The translations under genes and the position numbers were made by a program. DNA of 64,000 nucleotides. It comes from Gemmatimonadales bacterium. Lineage in GTDB: Bacteria; Gemmatimonadota; Gemmatimonadetes; Gemmatimonadales; GWC2-71-9. Numbering within the stretch: the first letter of the stretch is position 1; each line of letters begins with the position of its first letter. The notes below the pieces were generated by a model. The model saw only the letters and a list, made by a program, of their open reading frames with translations. It did no database searches and was not told the origin of the DNA. The stretch spans positions 1 through 64,000 of the forward strand of contig JBFJHJ010000005.1 of the NCBI GenBank assembly GCA_041613315.1, written 5' to 3'. Positions 9,703 through 20,082 of the stretch are shown one piece after another.

Positions 9703-10146
9703 ATGCGAATCCCCCGGTCGGTCGAGCAGGAACACGACGAACTGCATCATGAGCTGGACGAGGTATCGCGGCTCGGCGGACAAACCGGCGACGCCGCCAA
9801 GCGCCTGGCCCGCATTCTGCAGCCCCACTTCATCCGCGAGAACGACTACGCCGTCCCGCCGCTCTCGCTCCTGCAGCAGCTGACGCGGGGCACCGTGACG
9901 GCCGAGATGCGGTGGGTCTTACCCCTTGTCGAGCGTCTCAAGAGTGAGATGCCGCTGATGCTGCGAGAGCACGATGCGATCCGAGGTGCGCTCCACGACC
10001 TGGCTACCGCGGCTGAAAGCGAAGGGCACACGAACGCAAGGCACTTCGCCGAGCGGCTCCAGCGGCACGCCAAGATGGAGGAGGAGGTGCTCTATCCGGC
10101 CGCGATCCTCGTTGGAGAACTCGTCAAGTCGCGACTCGCGACATGA
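9703..10146 (+). CDS. Hemerythrin-like (HHE) domain protein
   Basis: EHDELH, HFIRE, EHDAI, HAKMEEEVLYP. Confidence 0.8.
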   Translation: MRIPRSVEQEHDELHHELDEVSRLGGQTGDAAKRLARILQPHFIRENDYAVPPLSLLQQLTRGTVTAEMRWVLPLVERLKSEMPLMLREHDAIRGALHDLATAAESEGHTNARHFAERLQRHAKMEEEVLYPAAILVGELVKSRLAT

Positions 10147-10153
10147 GGGTGAC

Positions 10154-10453
10154 ATGTGCCTAGGCATTCCCGGAAGAATCATCGAGATCCATGACGATGC
10201 CGGCCTCCCGATGGGAGTGGTGGACTTTGGGGGGGTCCGGCGTGAGGTCTGCCTGGCGTACGTCGCTGATCAGGTGCGTTCGGGAGACTACGCCATCGTC
10301 CACGTGGGCTTCGCGATCTCGAAAGTCGACGAGGCGGAGGCCATGCGAACCTTCGAGGCGCTGCGTCAGATGAGCCAACTCGACGAGCTCGAGTGGATGA
10401 AGGAAGTGGCCGAGCGCAGCCTGGCCGGCGCCCCGCCCACGGAGGACCCGTGA
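10154..10453 (+). CDS. hypC: HypC/HybG chaperone
   Basis: MCLGIPG, VDFGG, VHVGFAI. Confidence 0.95.
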   Translation: MCLGIPGRIIEIHDDAGLPMGVVDFGGVRREVCLAYVADQVRSGDYAIVHVGFAISKVDEAEAMRTFEALRQMSQLDELEWMKEVAERSLAGAPPTEDP

Positions 10454-11562
10454 GGTACTTGAGTGAGTACCGCGACCCCGCGCTCGCCCGACTCCTGATC
10501 GACCGGATCCGGAGCGCCGCGACACGCCGCTGGGTGCTGATGGAAGTGTGCGGCGGGCAGACCCACACGATCGTCAAGCAGGGCCTGAACGAGATTCTCG
10601 CCGACCAGGTGGAGATGATCCACGGCCCCGGGTGCCCGGTGTGCGTGACACCGTTGGAGCAGATCGACCGCGCGCTCCACCTGGCCGCCGACCCGCGGGT
10701 GATCTTCACGTCCTTCGGCGACATGCTCCGCGTGCCCGGCACCACGTCCGACCTGTTCCAGATCCGCGCCGGGGGCGGCGACGTCCGCGTGGTGTACTCC
10801 CCGCTCGATGCCCTCGACCTCGCCCGGCGACATCCCGACCGTGAAGTCGCGTTTTTCGCGGTGGGCTTCGAGACGACGGCGCCGGCGAACGCGATGGCGG
10901 TGTGGCGGGCGCGAACCCTCGGCGTTCGCAATTTCAGCGTGCTCGTGTCACACGTCACCGTGCCACCGGCCATGGTGGCGATCCTCCAGTCGCCGGTCAA
11001 CCGCGTGCAGGGATTCCTCGCCGCCGGCCACGTCTGCACGGTGATGGGTTGGACGGAGTATGAGCCGCTGGCCCGCAAGTACCGTGTCCCCATCGTCGTC
11101 ACGGGTTTCGAACCGCTCGACATCCTGGAAGGGATGCTGATGGCGGTCCGCCAGCTGGAAGCCGGGCGGTTCGAGGTCGAGAACCAGTATGTCCGTTCGG
11201 TGCGCCGTGAGGGCAACCAGCCCGCACAGGAACTCATCGCTCGGGTATTTCGGTTGGTGGACCGCTCATGGCGCGGCATCGGTGAGATCCCGGCCAGCGG
11301 ACTGGCGCTGACCGACGAATTCGCCGAGTTCGATGCAGAACGCAAGTTCGGGCTCGGAGACATCCGCGCGACCGAACCGCCCGAGTGCCGAGCCGGCGAT
11401 GTCCTGCGCGGCCAGCTCAAGCCCATGCAGTGCGCCGCCTTCGGTTCGCGGTGCACACCCGAGTATCCGCTGGGCGCGCCCATGGTATCCTCGGAGGGCG
11501 CGTGCGCTGCCTACTACAATTACGGCCGCTACCGGTCCGTCGCTCCCGGGATGCTGTCGTGA
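10450..11562 (+). CDS. hypD: HypD
   Basis: [31 protein letters not shown]. Confidence 0.96.
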   Translation: MRYLSEYRDPALARLLIDRIRSAATRRWVLMEVCGGQTHTIVKQGLNEILADQVEMIHGPGCPVCVTPLEQIDRALHLAADPRVIFTSFGDMLRVPGTTSDLFQIRAGGGDVRVVYSPLDALDLARRHPDREVAFFAVGFETTAPANAMAVWRARTLGVRNFSVLVSHVTVPPAMVAILQSPVNRVQGFLAAGHVCTVMGWTEYEPLARKYRVPIVVTGFEPLDILEGMLMAVRQLEAGRFEVENQYVRSVRREGNQPAQELIARVFRLVDRSWRGIGEIPASGLALTDEFAEFDAERKFGLGDIRATEPPECRAGDVLRGQLKPMQCAAFGSRCTPEYPLGAPMVSSEGACAAYYNYGRYRSVAPGMLS

Positions 11563-12623
11563 CCGCCACGCGCCCGCATGCGGACGGGATGGCGTGCCCG
11601 CTCCCGCACGCGGCGCTGGACCGTGTGCAGCTGGGACACGGCTCCGGCGGCAAGATGAGCGCGGCGCTGCTGCGCGAGCGCTTCCTCCCACGCTTCGCGA
11701 ACGAGGTACTGCTCCGCCTGGGTGATGGCGCGGTGGTGCCTGCGACCGGCGAGGAGCTGGCCGTCTCGACCGACAGCTTCGTCGTGCACCCCCTGGAGTT
11801 CCCGGGCGGGAACATCGGGCATCTGGCGGTGCACGGCACCCTGAACGACATCGCGATGATGGGCGCCGAGCCCCGCTACCTCGCGGCCGGGTTCATCCTC
11901 GAGGAGGGGTTGCCTCTCGACGTATTGGACCGCGTGCTCGACGCGATGGCCGGCGCGGCCCGCCTCGCCGGCGTGCCGTTGATCACCGGGGACACGAAGG
12001 TGGTCGAGCGGGGGAAGGCGGACGGGATGTTCATCAACACGACCGGCGTGGGCGTCGTGCAGGACGGCTTCCGTCCCGACCCCCGCGGCGCGCGGCCCGG
12101 TGACTGCGTGCTCGTCACCGGTCCTATCGGCCGTCACGGTATCGCCGTCATGGCCGTTCGCGAGGGGCTCGCCTTCGAGGTCGAAGTCGAGAGTGACACG
12201 GCGGCCGTGTACCCCCTTGTGCGACTGCTGCGGAGCCGTGCCGGCCCCGGGGTGCACACCCTGCGCGATCCGACCCGGGGCGGCGTCGCCAGCGCGCTCA
12301 ACGAGATCGCGGCCGCCGCCGGAGTCGGCATCGTCCTCGACGAGAGCCGGCTCCCGATCCCCGAGCCGGTGGCGGCCGCCTGCGAGATGCTGGGCCTCGA
12401 CCCGCTCTACGTCGCCAACGAGGGCATCTTCGTCGCGATCGTCGCCGCCGATGTGGCGCAGGCGGCGGTCGCGGCACTGCGTTCGCATCCGCTGGGTGCC
12501 GGGACCGTGACGATCGGGTCGGTCGTGAATACCCATCCCGGCATGGTCGTCCTCCAAACCGGCCTGGGCGGCAGCCGCATCGTCGACATGTTGCCCGGCG
12601 ACCAACTGCCCCGCATCTGCTGA
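11559..12623 (+). CDS. hypE: HypE
   Basis: HGSGG, TGDTKV, RDPTRGG, C-terminal LPRIC. Confidence 0.96.
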   Translation: MTATRPHADGMACPLPHAALDRVQLGHGSGGKMSAALLRERFLPRFANEVLLRLGDGAVVPATGEELAVSTDSFVVHPLEFPGGNIGHLAVHGTLNDIAMMGAEPRYLAAGFILEEGLPLDVLDRVLDAMAGAARLAGVPLITGDTKVVERGKADGMFINTTGVGVVQDGFRPDPRGARPGDCVLVTGPIGRHGIAVMAVREGLAFEVEVESDTAAVYPLVRLLRSRAGPGVHTLRDPTRGGVASALNEIAAAAGVGIVLDESRLPIPEPVAAACEMLGLDPLYVANEGIFVAIVAADVAQAAVAALRSHPLGAGTVTIGSVVNTHPGMVVLQTGLGGSRIVDMLPGDQLPRIC

Positions 12624-12657
12624 CGGGGCGCAGGCTCGGCGCCTCTCCGGACCGGTC

Positions 12658-12701
12658 TTCACGAACCGTTCAGGCCCCACTCATCCGCCGCGCCGTAGGT
12701 T
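12658..12701 (+). promoter_or_regulatory. Direct-repeat array and -10 upstream of USP gene
   Basis: TTCA 12658, TTCA 12669, CTCA 12680; TAGGTT at 12696. Confidence 0.65.
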
Positions 12702-12761
12702 GCACCGGCTTCGGGCCGCGGAAGCCGGGTGACCCGACGCCGCACGCGTGAGGGTGCCCGT

Positions 12762-13667
12762 ATGGCAACCACGACCATTCTCGTGCCGCTCGACGGCTCG
12801 CGCCTTGGTGAGGCGGCCTTGCCCGCCGCCCTGACGCTGGCGGCAGCCCTGCCCGCAGATCTCGAGCTCGTCTCGGTTGCCGAGCACGACCCGATGACCG
12901 CCGGGTGGCGCCTCTCGTCCGAGCGGGTGCACGAGTGGTTCGTGGGCTACCTCGGCGACATCTGCGATCGGATTGGCGAAGTCTCCGCCGTGCCGATTTC
13001 GACGAAGGTCCTCGACGGGTCCGTCGCGGAGCGGCTGGAGGAGCGCGCCAAACTGACCGGCGCCGGCCTGATCGTGATGGCGACACACGGCCGCGGACCG
13101 GTCAGCCGCGCCTGGCTCGGCAGCGTCGCCGATCATGTCATGCGGCATGTCACATTCCCGGTCCTGCTCATCCGACCGGACACCGACAACGGCGTCAGCC
13201 TCGATGCCACCCCGCAGTTTCGTCGGATCGTGATCGCTCTCGACGGATCGGAACGTGCCGAGGCGAGCCTTCCCTGGGCGACCCGCATCGGCCGCGCCTT
13301 CCATGCCACGTACACCCTGGTCCGCGCCGTGCCCCCGCACTTCGCGCCGTCGCCGTATCTGCCCCATGTGATCGAGGAAACGCAAGGCAGACTCGAGGAG
13401 GAAGCCACGGAGGCCCACGCCTATGTGGAACGGGTTCGGACGCGCCTGGGCTCGGAGGAGCGCATCGTCGAGGGCGCGGTCGCCGTTGGCGTCCAACCGG
13501 CGGCAGCGATTGTGCGGGTCGCGGCGGAGGAACGCGCCGACCTAATCGCCATCGCCACACACGGCCGCGGTGGGCTGGGCAAGCTGATGCTCGGCAGCGT
13601 GGCCGACAAGGTTCTCCGCAGCGCCACCACACCGGTCCTGATGATCCGTTCGCCAACGGCTCCTTAA
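12762..13667 (+). CDS. Tandem-domain universal stress protein
   Basis: ILVPLDGS; two ATHGR...LGSVAD motifs. Confidence 0.93.
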   Translation: MATTTILVPLDGSRLGEAALPAALTLAAALPADLELVSVAEHDPMTAGWRLSSERVHEWFVGYLGDICDRIGEVSAVPISTKVLDGSVAERLEERAKLTGAGLIVMATHGRGPVSRAWLGSVADHVMRHVTFPVLLIRPDTDNGVSLDATPQFRRIVIALDGSERAEASLPWATRIGRAFHATYTLVRAVPPHFAPSPYLPHVIEETQGRLEEEATEAHAYVERVRTRLGSEERIVEGAVAVGVQPAAAIVRVAAEERADLIAIATHGRGGLGKLMLGSVADKVLRSATTPVLMIRSPTAP

Positions 13668-13718
13668 GGATTCTTTAAGATCGCGTTCACCCGGACCTCA
13701 TTGCCGCCCGTCTACGTT
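13664..13718 (+). promoter_or_regulatory. Direct-repeat array and -10 upstream of USP pair
   Basis: TTAA 13664, TTAA 13675, TTCA 13686, CTCA 13697; TACGTT at 13713. Confidence 0.7.
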
Positions 13719-13761
13719 CGCTCCACGCCTGACACGTGTGGACCTGAACCGGACTGGTGAG

Positions 13762-14694
13762 ATGAACTTCAAGCCCGTCGTCGTTGGTGTCGATCCGACA
13801 CCTGAGAGCGCTGCGGCCGTTCACCTCGGCTGGCAGATCGCCCGAGCGGCGAAGACGCAATGTCATCTCGTCCATGCCGTCGGGCAGACGCAGACGATCC
13901 CCATTGTCGCTGCGTCACCGGCGGAACAGGAGCGGCTCACCCAGAAGGTCGCCGACCTGGCTCGGCAGAAGCTCGTCGACGCGTTGAGCGGCCACGTGCC
14001 CGCCGAGGCGTTTCGGCAACTGGAAATCGTCATGGGCAACCCCACCTGGGCCATCGGCGAAGCCGCGCACCGGCATAGAGCGTACCTCGTCGTGCTCGGC
14101 GGCAAGCATCACGCCGCCGTAGCGCGCTGGTTCGGCGGCAGCACGGCCCACCATGCGGTCCGCACGCTGGATGTGCCGATGATCGTCAACTGGTCACCGC
14201 GGGCCGCGGTGCGACGCGTTCTCGCGGCCGTGGACCTGTCCTACGCCGCAGCAGCGGTGATCGCGGAGGCGCGTCGGATCTCCTCGCTGTTCGAGTCGCA
14301 ACTCCGCGTGCTCCACGCCATCGAGCCCGTGCCGTTTTTCGGTGAGCTGGCCCTCCCCGTGGACGAGCTCGTGTTTCAGCAAACAGCGGAAACGCGTTTT
14401 CGCAAGTTGATCGCCGACATGTTCGGAGACACGCCCGACTTCGAGGTCACGACGCGACGCGGTTCCGCGGACGGCGCGATCCGCGCCGAAGCCGGCGAGT
14501 GGGACCCCGACCTCGTCGTCGTCGGCACGCACGGCACAAACTGGGTCCACCGCGTGCTCGTCGGGAGTACGACCGAGCGGCTGCTGAACCGTCTCCCCAC
14601 GTCGCTGCTCATCGTGCCGGTCGCGCCGAAGACCGGCAGGCACAGCGCTGGGAACGAAACGGCGACCGGACGTCAGCCCGCCGGCGCGCAGTAG
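13762..14694 (+). CDS. Tandem-domain universal stress protein
   Basis: VVVGVD; GGKHH...GGSTAHH; VVGTHG...GSTTERLL. Confidence 0.92.
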   Translation: MNFKPVVVGVDPTPESAAAVHLGWQIARAAKTQCHLVHAVGQTQTIPIVAASPAEQERLTQKVADLARQKLVDALSGHVPAEAFRQLEIVMGNPTWAIGEAAHRHRAYLVVLGGKHHAAVARWFGGSTAHHAVRTLDVPMIVNWSPRAAVRRVLAAVDLSYAAAAVIAEARRISSLFESQLRVLHAIEPVPFFGELALPVDELVFQQTAETRFRKLIADMFGDTPDFEVTTRRGSADGAIRAEAGEWDPDLVVVGTHGTNWVHRVLVGSTTERLLNRLPTSLLIVPVAPKTGRHSAGNETATGRQPAGAQ

Positions 14695-14707
14695 AAGAGG
14701 GACGATC

Positions 14708-15634
14708 ATGACGACCTGGAGACCCATTATCGCCGGCGTCGATGCGTCGGAGGCAAGTGTGGTCGCGGCGACCATCGCGTGGGAGATCGCCCAAGCCGCC
14801 GAGACCGACTGTGTCCTCGTGCACGGCACGCGGGACGTCGCCGACATCCCGGCGCTCGTGCCTGCCCTGACCGATCTCGACGAGTTGACGGCCCATCTCA
14901 CGGCAGCCACCCGCGCGCACCTGGAGGGCGCGTTGCGCGGACGTGTCCCGCCCGACGCCCTGGCGCGGCTGGAGGTCCGTTTGGACCATCCGACCTGGGC
15001 GATCCGCCACGCCGCCGAGGAGTACGGTGCCGGTCTGGTGGTGTTGGGTGGCAAGCACCATGCGGCTCCCACCCGCTGGCTCGGCGGCAGCACCGCCCAC
15101 CATGCCGTGCGTACGCTCGACGTACCCATCTTGGTGACGACAGCGCGCGAGGGACCCTTGCGTCGAGTTCTCGTCGCGGTGGACTTGTCGTACGCTGCCA
15201 CGCCGGCCATCGAAATGGCCCGGCGCATGGCGTCGCTCTTTCGCGCGGAGCTCCGCGTGCTCCACGTGTTCGAGAACCTGCCGGCCCAACTCGCGGCGCT
15301 CCCGATCCCGCTGGACGCCGCCAAGCATCGCCGCGATGTGGAAGAGCGGTTCGCCGATACCGTGCAGAGCGTGCTCAACGGCGCCCCCGCCGACCGTGTC
15401 CTGCGGTCTGGCGTGCCGGCCGACGTTATTGCCCGGGAAAGCAGTGACTGGAATGCGGACGTGGTGGTCGTCGGCTCCCACGGGAAGGGGTGGGTGGACC
15501 GTGTCATCATCGGCAGCACGGCCGAGCGCCTCCTGAACCGGCTGCCCACCTCCACACTCGTCGTACCGGTCCGGGCCCCCAAGGGCGCAGCCACCCGATT
15601 CGTACCGGTTGCGCACACGGCACACTCACCCTGA
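14708..15634 (+). CDS. Tandem-domain universal stress protein (paralog of the previous gene)
   Basis: IIAGVD; GGKHH...GGSTAHHAVRTLDVP; VGSHG...GSTAERLL. Confidence 0.92.
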   Translation: MTTWRPIIAGVDASEASVVAATIAWEIAQAAETDCVLVHGTRDVADIPALVPALTDLDELTAHLTAATRAHLEGALRGRVPPDALARLEVRLDHPTWAIRHAAEEYGAGLVVLGGKHHAAPTRWLGGSTAHHAVRTLDVPILVTTAREGPLRRVLVAVDLSYAATPAIEMARRMASLFRAELRVLHVFENLPAQLAALPIPLDAAKHRRDVEERFADTVQSVLNGAPADRVLRSGVPADVIARESSDWNADVVVVGSHGKGWVDRVIIGSTAERLLNRLPTSTLVVPVRAPKGAATRFVPVAHTAHSP

Positions 15635-15674
15635 TTCAACGTGATTCACCGCTGACTCCGAGGATGCTCCGTCC

Positions 15675-16076
15675 ATGAAAGTCGCCGAACTCATGACCAC
15701 CGACGTGACGACCGTCCGCGACGACATGACCGTCGCCGATGCCGTCGTCACCCTCGCCGATGCCCATGTCTCCGGCGTCCCGGTCGTGAACGCAAAGGGG
15801 CGCCTCGTGGGGGTGCTCTCCACCAGCGACGTGCTCGAGGCGGCCTCCGAGTGTGCGACGGCGGAGGAGCGCGAGCGCCTCTTCGGGGCGACGCTCGTTC
15901 GCGAGCTGATGACGACCCAGCCAAAGTCCGTCAGTCCCGACGATGACGTCAAACAGGCGGCGCAGGAGATGCTATACCTCGACGTCCACCGGCTGTTCGT
16001 CGAGTACGGAGGCCAGCTGGTCGGGGTGATTTCCCAGAGCGACATCGTCGGCGCCGTCGCCACGGCGAAGATCTAA
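15675..16076 (+). CDS. CBS domain pair protein
   Basis: MKVAELMT, SGVPVV...GVLSTSD, VRELMT, GVISQSD. Confidence 0.92.
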   Translation: MKVAELMTTDVTTVRDDMTVADAVVTLADAHVSGVPVVNAKGRLVGVLSTSDVLEAASECATAEERERLFGATLVRELMTTQPKSVSPDDDVKQAAQEMLYLDVHRLFVEYGGQLVGVISQSDIVGAVATAKI

Positions 16077-16198
16077 CCGGCCGGTCACGCGACCGTTATT
16101 TTCTGTCCGATAGCCGCCGGGGCGCGCCGGGGCGGACCGCCCCCCGGGGTGACCTGCCCGTACGTACGTCCAGCGGTCTCATGCGGAGGGCATCGCAC

Positions 16199-16339
16199 AT
16201 GAACCAGCGTGATCCCGACTTTGAGCGCCACCCCCGTGGAACGCTCGCGCTCGTCGGACTCTACGGACTGTTGTTCGTCGTGGGATGGCTGGCGTTCTTC
16301 TTCCTGGTGTACCTGCCCCGTGGGGCCGTGACGAGGTAG
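16199..16339 (+). CDS. cbaD: ba3-type cytochrome c oxidase subunit IIa (46 aa, not in ORF track)
   Basis: SD GGAGGG; MNQRDPDFERHPRGTLALVGLYGLLFVVGWLAFFFLVYLPRGAVTR; single TM with PxG...W...RG pattern; directly before subunit II. Confidence 0.85.
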   Translation: MNQRDPDFERHPRGTLALVGLYGLLFVVGWLAFFFLVYLPRGAVTR

Positions 16340-16344
16340 CGCAC

Positions 16345-16821
16345 GTGCACGTCCATCTCTACGAGCGCATCTGGATGTGGGGCGCGGGAGCGATCGTTGC
16401 GCTCTTCCTGGGCGCGACCGGCTTCGCCGCCGTGTCGCAAGGGCGTCTCCCACCCAGTCACGTCGAAACGGTCGATCCGACCACGGTCTGGAGCGACCCC
16501 CGCTTCGCGGAACGGGGCGTCACCACCAATCCTGACGGGAGTGTGGTGGTCACTGGCATCGCGCTCATGTTCGCGTTCCAGCCCAACGAGATCCGCGTGC
16601 CGGTGAACCGGCCGGTGACGTTCCGCTTCACGAGCTCCGATGTCGTTCATGGGTTCCAGATCGTCGGCACGAACGGCAATACGATGATCGTGCCCGGCTA
16701 CGTCAGCCAGTTCACCACCGTGTTTGACACCCCCGGCGAATATCTCGTCGTGTGCAACGAGTATTGCGGCCTCGGCCACCATGGCATGTACGCCACGCTC
16801 ATCGTGGAGCCCGCCCCATGA
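16345..16821 (+). CDS. cbaB: ba3-type cytochrome c oxidase subunit II
   Basis: Single N-terminal TM; DVVHGF; CuA motif CNEYCGLGHHGM. Confidence 0.93.
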   Translation: MHVHLYERIWMWGAGAIVALFLGATGFAAVSQGRLPPSHVETVDPTTVWSDPRFAERGVTTNPDGSVVVTGIALMFAFQPNEIRVPVNRPVTFRFTSSDVVHGFQIVGTNGNTMIVPGYVSQFTTVFDTPGEYLVVCNEYCGLGHHGMYATLIVEPAP

Positions 16822-18440
16822 TCGGTGATCGTCGGCTGGCCACGGCGAACATCGGAGTCGGGGTCGCCGCGTTCGGGATCGCCACCTTCATGGCCTTGAT
16901 GCAGGCGCTCTCCCGGGCGAACCTCGACCTCCCCTGGCGCTCGGCCAAGATGTACTACCTGTCCGTGACCGGGCACGGCGTCATGATGGCGTTGGTCTTC
17001 ACGACCTTCTTCATCATGGGTATGGGCGTGGCGTTCACCACCCGCGCGCTCGACCGTCCTCTGCGACTGCCACGCATCGCGTGGGCCGGATTCTGGACGG
17101 CGGTTGTCGGCTCTCTCATGGCCCTCTGGGCGATCTTCTGGGGCAAGGCCACCGTTCTCTATACGTTCTATCCCCCACTCCAAGCCCATTGGGCGTTCTA
17201 CATCGGCTTGACCCTCCTCGTCGTGGGCTCCTGGCTCTGGAGTGCCGCGATGCTCGCGACGTACACGGCGTGGCGGCGCGAGAACCGGGGACGCCCGGTG
17301 CCGTTGGCCATTCACGGGCTGCTCGCCACCATCATCGTCTGGCTGATCGCGACCGTCGGCGTGGCAGCGGAAATGCTGCTGCAACTGATTCCGTGGTCAC
17401 TGGGCCTGACCGATACGGTGGATCCGCTGCTCGCCCGCATGCTGTTCTGGTACTTCGGCCACCCGTTGGTCTACTTCTGGCTCATCCCGGCCTATGTCGT
17501 ATGGTACACCGTCCTCCCGAAGGCGGCCGGCGGCAAGCTGTTCAGCGATCCGTTAGCGCGCATGGTGTTCGCGCTGTTCATCCTGCTGTCCACCCCCGTC
17601 GGCTTCCACCATCAGTTCATGGATCCGGGGATCGCCGCGGGATGGAAAGCGCTGCACACCGTCACCACCGCGGGAATCCTCTTCCCCAGTCTGGTCACGG
17701 CGTTCACGATCGTGGCCTCGCTCGAAGTCGCGGGACGGATGCGAGGCGCCACCGGCCTGTTCGACTGGATCGGGAAGCTGCCCTGGGGTGATCCACTCGT
17801 CGCGAGTGTGCTCCTCAGCATGCTGCTCTTTGCGGTCGGCGGCTTCGGGGGTGCGATCAACGCGGCGTTCGGCATGAACGCCGTGGTGCACAACACGGCC
17901 TGGATCCAGGGACATTTCCACCTGACCGTCGGCACGGCCACCGCTCTCACGTTCATGGGGACGGCCTACTGGCTCGTCCCGAAACTCGTCGGTCGCGAGC
18001 TCGAGCTTGGTCTCCTCGCGAGAGTCCAGCCGTACCTGTGGTTTTTCGGCATGCTGCTGTTCTCCATCGCCAACCACATCACTGGCGTTATGGGGATGCC
18101 GCGCCGGGTCTACGATGCCGCGTACGGTGGGAGCGCCGTGGCCGCTCAGTGGGAGGGGCTCACGCTGGTGTCCGCAGTGGGCGGGATCCTGCTGTTCATC
18201 AGCGCGTCGTTCTTCTTGCTGGTCATGTTGGGAACCGTGCTGGCCGGGAAGCGGGCCGAGCAGCCCGCCATCGAGTTCGCCGAGCCGTTGGATGGCCCGC
18301 CGGCTCGGACCGGAGCATTCGATCGGCTCTGGGTCTGGGTGGTGGCGGCCGTCGTGCTCGTGGTCATCGCCTACGCGTACCCCCTCGCCGACCACCTCGG
18401 CATGGAGCGGTTCGGGTCGCCGGGATTCCGGCCGTTCTAA
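16818..18440 (+). CDS. cbaA: B-family (ba3-type) heme-copper oxygen reductase subunit I
   Basis: TGHG, LYTFYPPL, WYFGHPLVY (His-Tyr), GFHHQF, VHNTAW..GHFH, GMPRR. Confidence 0.94.
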   Translation: MIGDRRLATANIGVGVAAFGIATFMALMQALSRANLDLPWRSAKMYYLSVTGHGVMMALVFTTFFIMGMGVAFTTRALDRPLRLPRIAWAGFWTAVVGSLMALWAIFWGKATVLYTFYPPLQAHWAFYIGLTLLVVGSWLWSAAMLATYTAWRRENRGRPVPLAIHGLLATIIVWLIATVGVAAEMLLQLIPWSLGLTDTVDPLLARMLFWYFGHPLVYFWLIPAYVVWYTVLPKAAGGKLFSDPLARMVFALFILLSTPVGFHHQFMDPGIAAGWKALHTVTTAGILFPSLVTAFTIVASLEVAGRMRGATGLFDWIGKLPWGDPLVASVLLSMLLFAVGGFGGAINAAFGMNAVVHNTAWIQGHFHLTVGTATALTFMGTAYWLVPKLVGRELELGLLARVQPYLWFFGMLLFSIANHITGVMGMPRRVYDAAYGGSAVAAQWEGLTLVSAVGGILLFISASFFLLVMLGTVLAGKRAEQPAIEFAEPLDGPPARTGAFDRLWVWVVAAVVLVVIAYAYPLADHLGMERFGSPGFRPF

Positions 18441-18457
18441 CCGCCGTCTCTTCTCTC

Positions 18458-19186
18458 TCAGAGATACTGCTGGAACAACACCATCCCCACTAAGGTCACG
18501 CTCACGAGGAGTGCCACCTCCGGTTTCCGCGCGTCTTCGTAGGCCTCCGGAAGCAGCTCGACGAACACCATGAACACCATGGCGCCCGCGGCGAACCCGA
18601 TGCCATAGGGGAGCGCCGGGGCGAAGGCCTCGACGAAGAGAAACGCCGGAACCGCCATGATGGGCTGCGGCAGCGATGAGAACACGCTCCACGCCGCGCA
18701 CCCGGCAACGCTCACGCCGCGGGGCCGCAACACCGCGCTGATCGCAAGGCCCTCGGGGATGTTGTGAACCGCGATCGCCGCCGTAATGACGACGGCGAGC
18801 GCCGCCCCACCCGCGAACGACACGCCGACCGCGACTCCCTCCGAAAACGAGTGCACGGTCATGACGACCACCATCAGCACCATCCGGCGCGCCCCGGCGC
18901 CGCGCGCTTTCCCGAACTCGATGTCGTAGCGGCCCAGCACGTGTTGCGTCGCCAAGATAAACACCACGCCGATGGTCGCGCCGATGATCGTCTGCCAGCC
19001 GCCGTAGCGGGTGCCCTCCGCCACCAACCCGAAGCTCGCACCGAGCATCAGGCCCGAGGCGATCGCGTTCGCGGCCGCCACCGCGCGCGGCGAGACGCGC
19101 CCCATGAACGCGAAGGGAAGCGCGCCGAGCCCGGTGGCGAGTGCCGTGATCGAGCCGTACACGAATACCAGCGCCGCCGCGTGCAT
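18458..19186 (-). CDS. ZIP family metal transporter
   Basis: ATGLGA, HSFSEG, AIAVHNIPEG, AAGAM..ELLPEA. Confidence 0.9.
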   Translation of the reverse strand: MHAAALVFVYGSITALATGLGALPFAFMGRVSPRAVAAANAIASGLMLGASFGLVAEGTRYGGWQTIIGATIGVVFILATQHVLGRYDIEFGKARGAGARRMVLMVVVMTVHSFSEGVAVGVSFAGGAALAVVITAAIAVHNIPEGLAISAVLRPRGVSVAGCAAWSVFSSLPQPIMAVPAFLFVEAFAPALPYGIGFAAGAMVFMVFVELLPEAYEDARKPEVALLVSVTLVGMVLFQQYL

Positions 19187-19932
19187 CACCGCACCCCCAC
19201 GCCGGCCAGCACCACGAACCCCATCGCAACGATGGTGACCAGGGCGATCGTGGTGTGTCCCGCCTGGCGATAGCACTCCGGCAGCAGCTCGGCCATCACG
19301 AGGTATACGAGCGCTCCCACCGCGAACCCCAGCGCCCACGGCAACACGGCGGGGGCGGCCGAAACGATGGCGAACGTGAAGACGGCCAGCAGCACCTGGC
19401 TCACGTTGGTGATCACCGCGAGGCCTGCGGCGCTTCGCAGGCGGACGCCACGACTCGTCAGGATCGCGGACAGGACCGTCGCTTCGGGGATGTTGTGTAC
19501 GGCGATCGCGAGCGCCATGAAGATCCCGAGTGAGTCACTGAGCGCCATCGCGATCCCGATGGCCACGCCCTCCGGGGCCGAATGGATGGCGTTCACGAGA
19601 AGGACCTGATACCCGTACTCAGCCCGTGTCTCATGCAGCCGGTTCAGGTCCAGGTCCTTCGTACCCGACGCCGCGTGGCTCCAGTATACGAAGGTGATCC
19701 CGACCAGCGCCCCCGCCGCGCCGTACGCGGCCGGCCAGTCGAACCCCGCCTTCATGAGCACATAGCCGGCGCCGAGCATGAGGCCGGCCGCGAGCGCGTT
19801 GGCCCAGCCGATCGCCGTGACCGGGAGGTCGTCCCGCCCCACCAGCGGCACCGCGCCCAGCGCGGCCGCACCCGCGGCCAGCGATGCATAGACCAGCACA
19901 GCGAGCGTGGGGTCCACGATGCTAGCTCCCAC
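19186..19932 (-). CDS. ZIP family metal transporter, second paralog (start uncertain)
   Basis: AAGLML, HSAPEG, AIAVHNIPEA, ELLPE; stop overlaps start of the downstream ZIP gene. Confidence 0.88.
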   Translation of the reverse strand: MGASIVDPTLAVLVYASLAAGAAALGAVPLVGRDDLPVTAIGWANALAAGLMLGAGYVLMKAGFDWPAAYGAAGALVGITFVYWSHAASGTKDLDLNRLHETRAEYGYQVLLVNAIHSAPEGVAIGIAMALSDSLGIFMALAIAVHNIPEATVLSAILTSRGVRLRSAAGLAVITNVSQVLLAVFTFAIVSAAPAVLPWALGFAVGALVYLVMAELLPECYRQAGHTTIALVTIVAMGFVVLAGVGVR

Positions 19933-19988
19933 GCCGAACGGCCGACCCTTGCCGGTTGTCCATCACTCGCGGGGCCTCCACACGGGCA

Positions 19989-20032
19989 TTCAAACCGCCT
20001 TCATCGAGGCTTCACGGGTCCCGGGAGATAGT
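19989..20032 (+). promoter_or_regulatory. Direct-repeat array upstream of small Cys-containing protein
   Basis: TTCA at 19989, 20000, 20011; GATAGT at 20027. Confidence 0.65.
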
Positions 20033-20082
20033 ACTTGGACGAGCAACGCCCCGCATGCATCCCAATGGCGTCGGAGGGAACC

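Noticed and set aside
16818..18440. Possible B-family-derived nitric oxide reductase given proximity to nos
   Set aside because: The active-site helix keeps HPLVY with the cross-linking Tyr, as in O2 reductases
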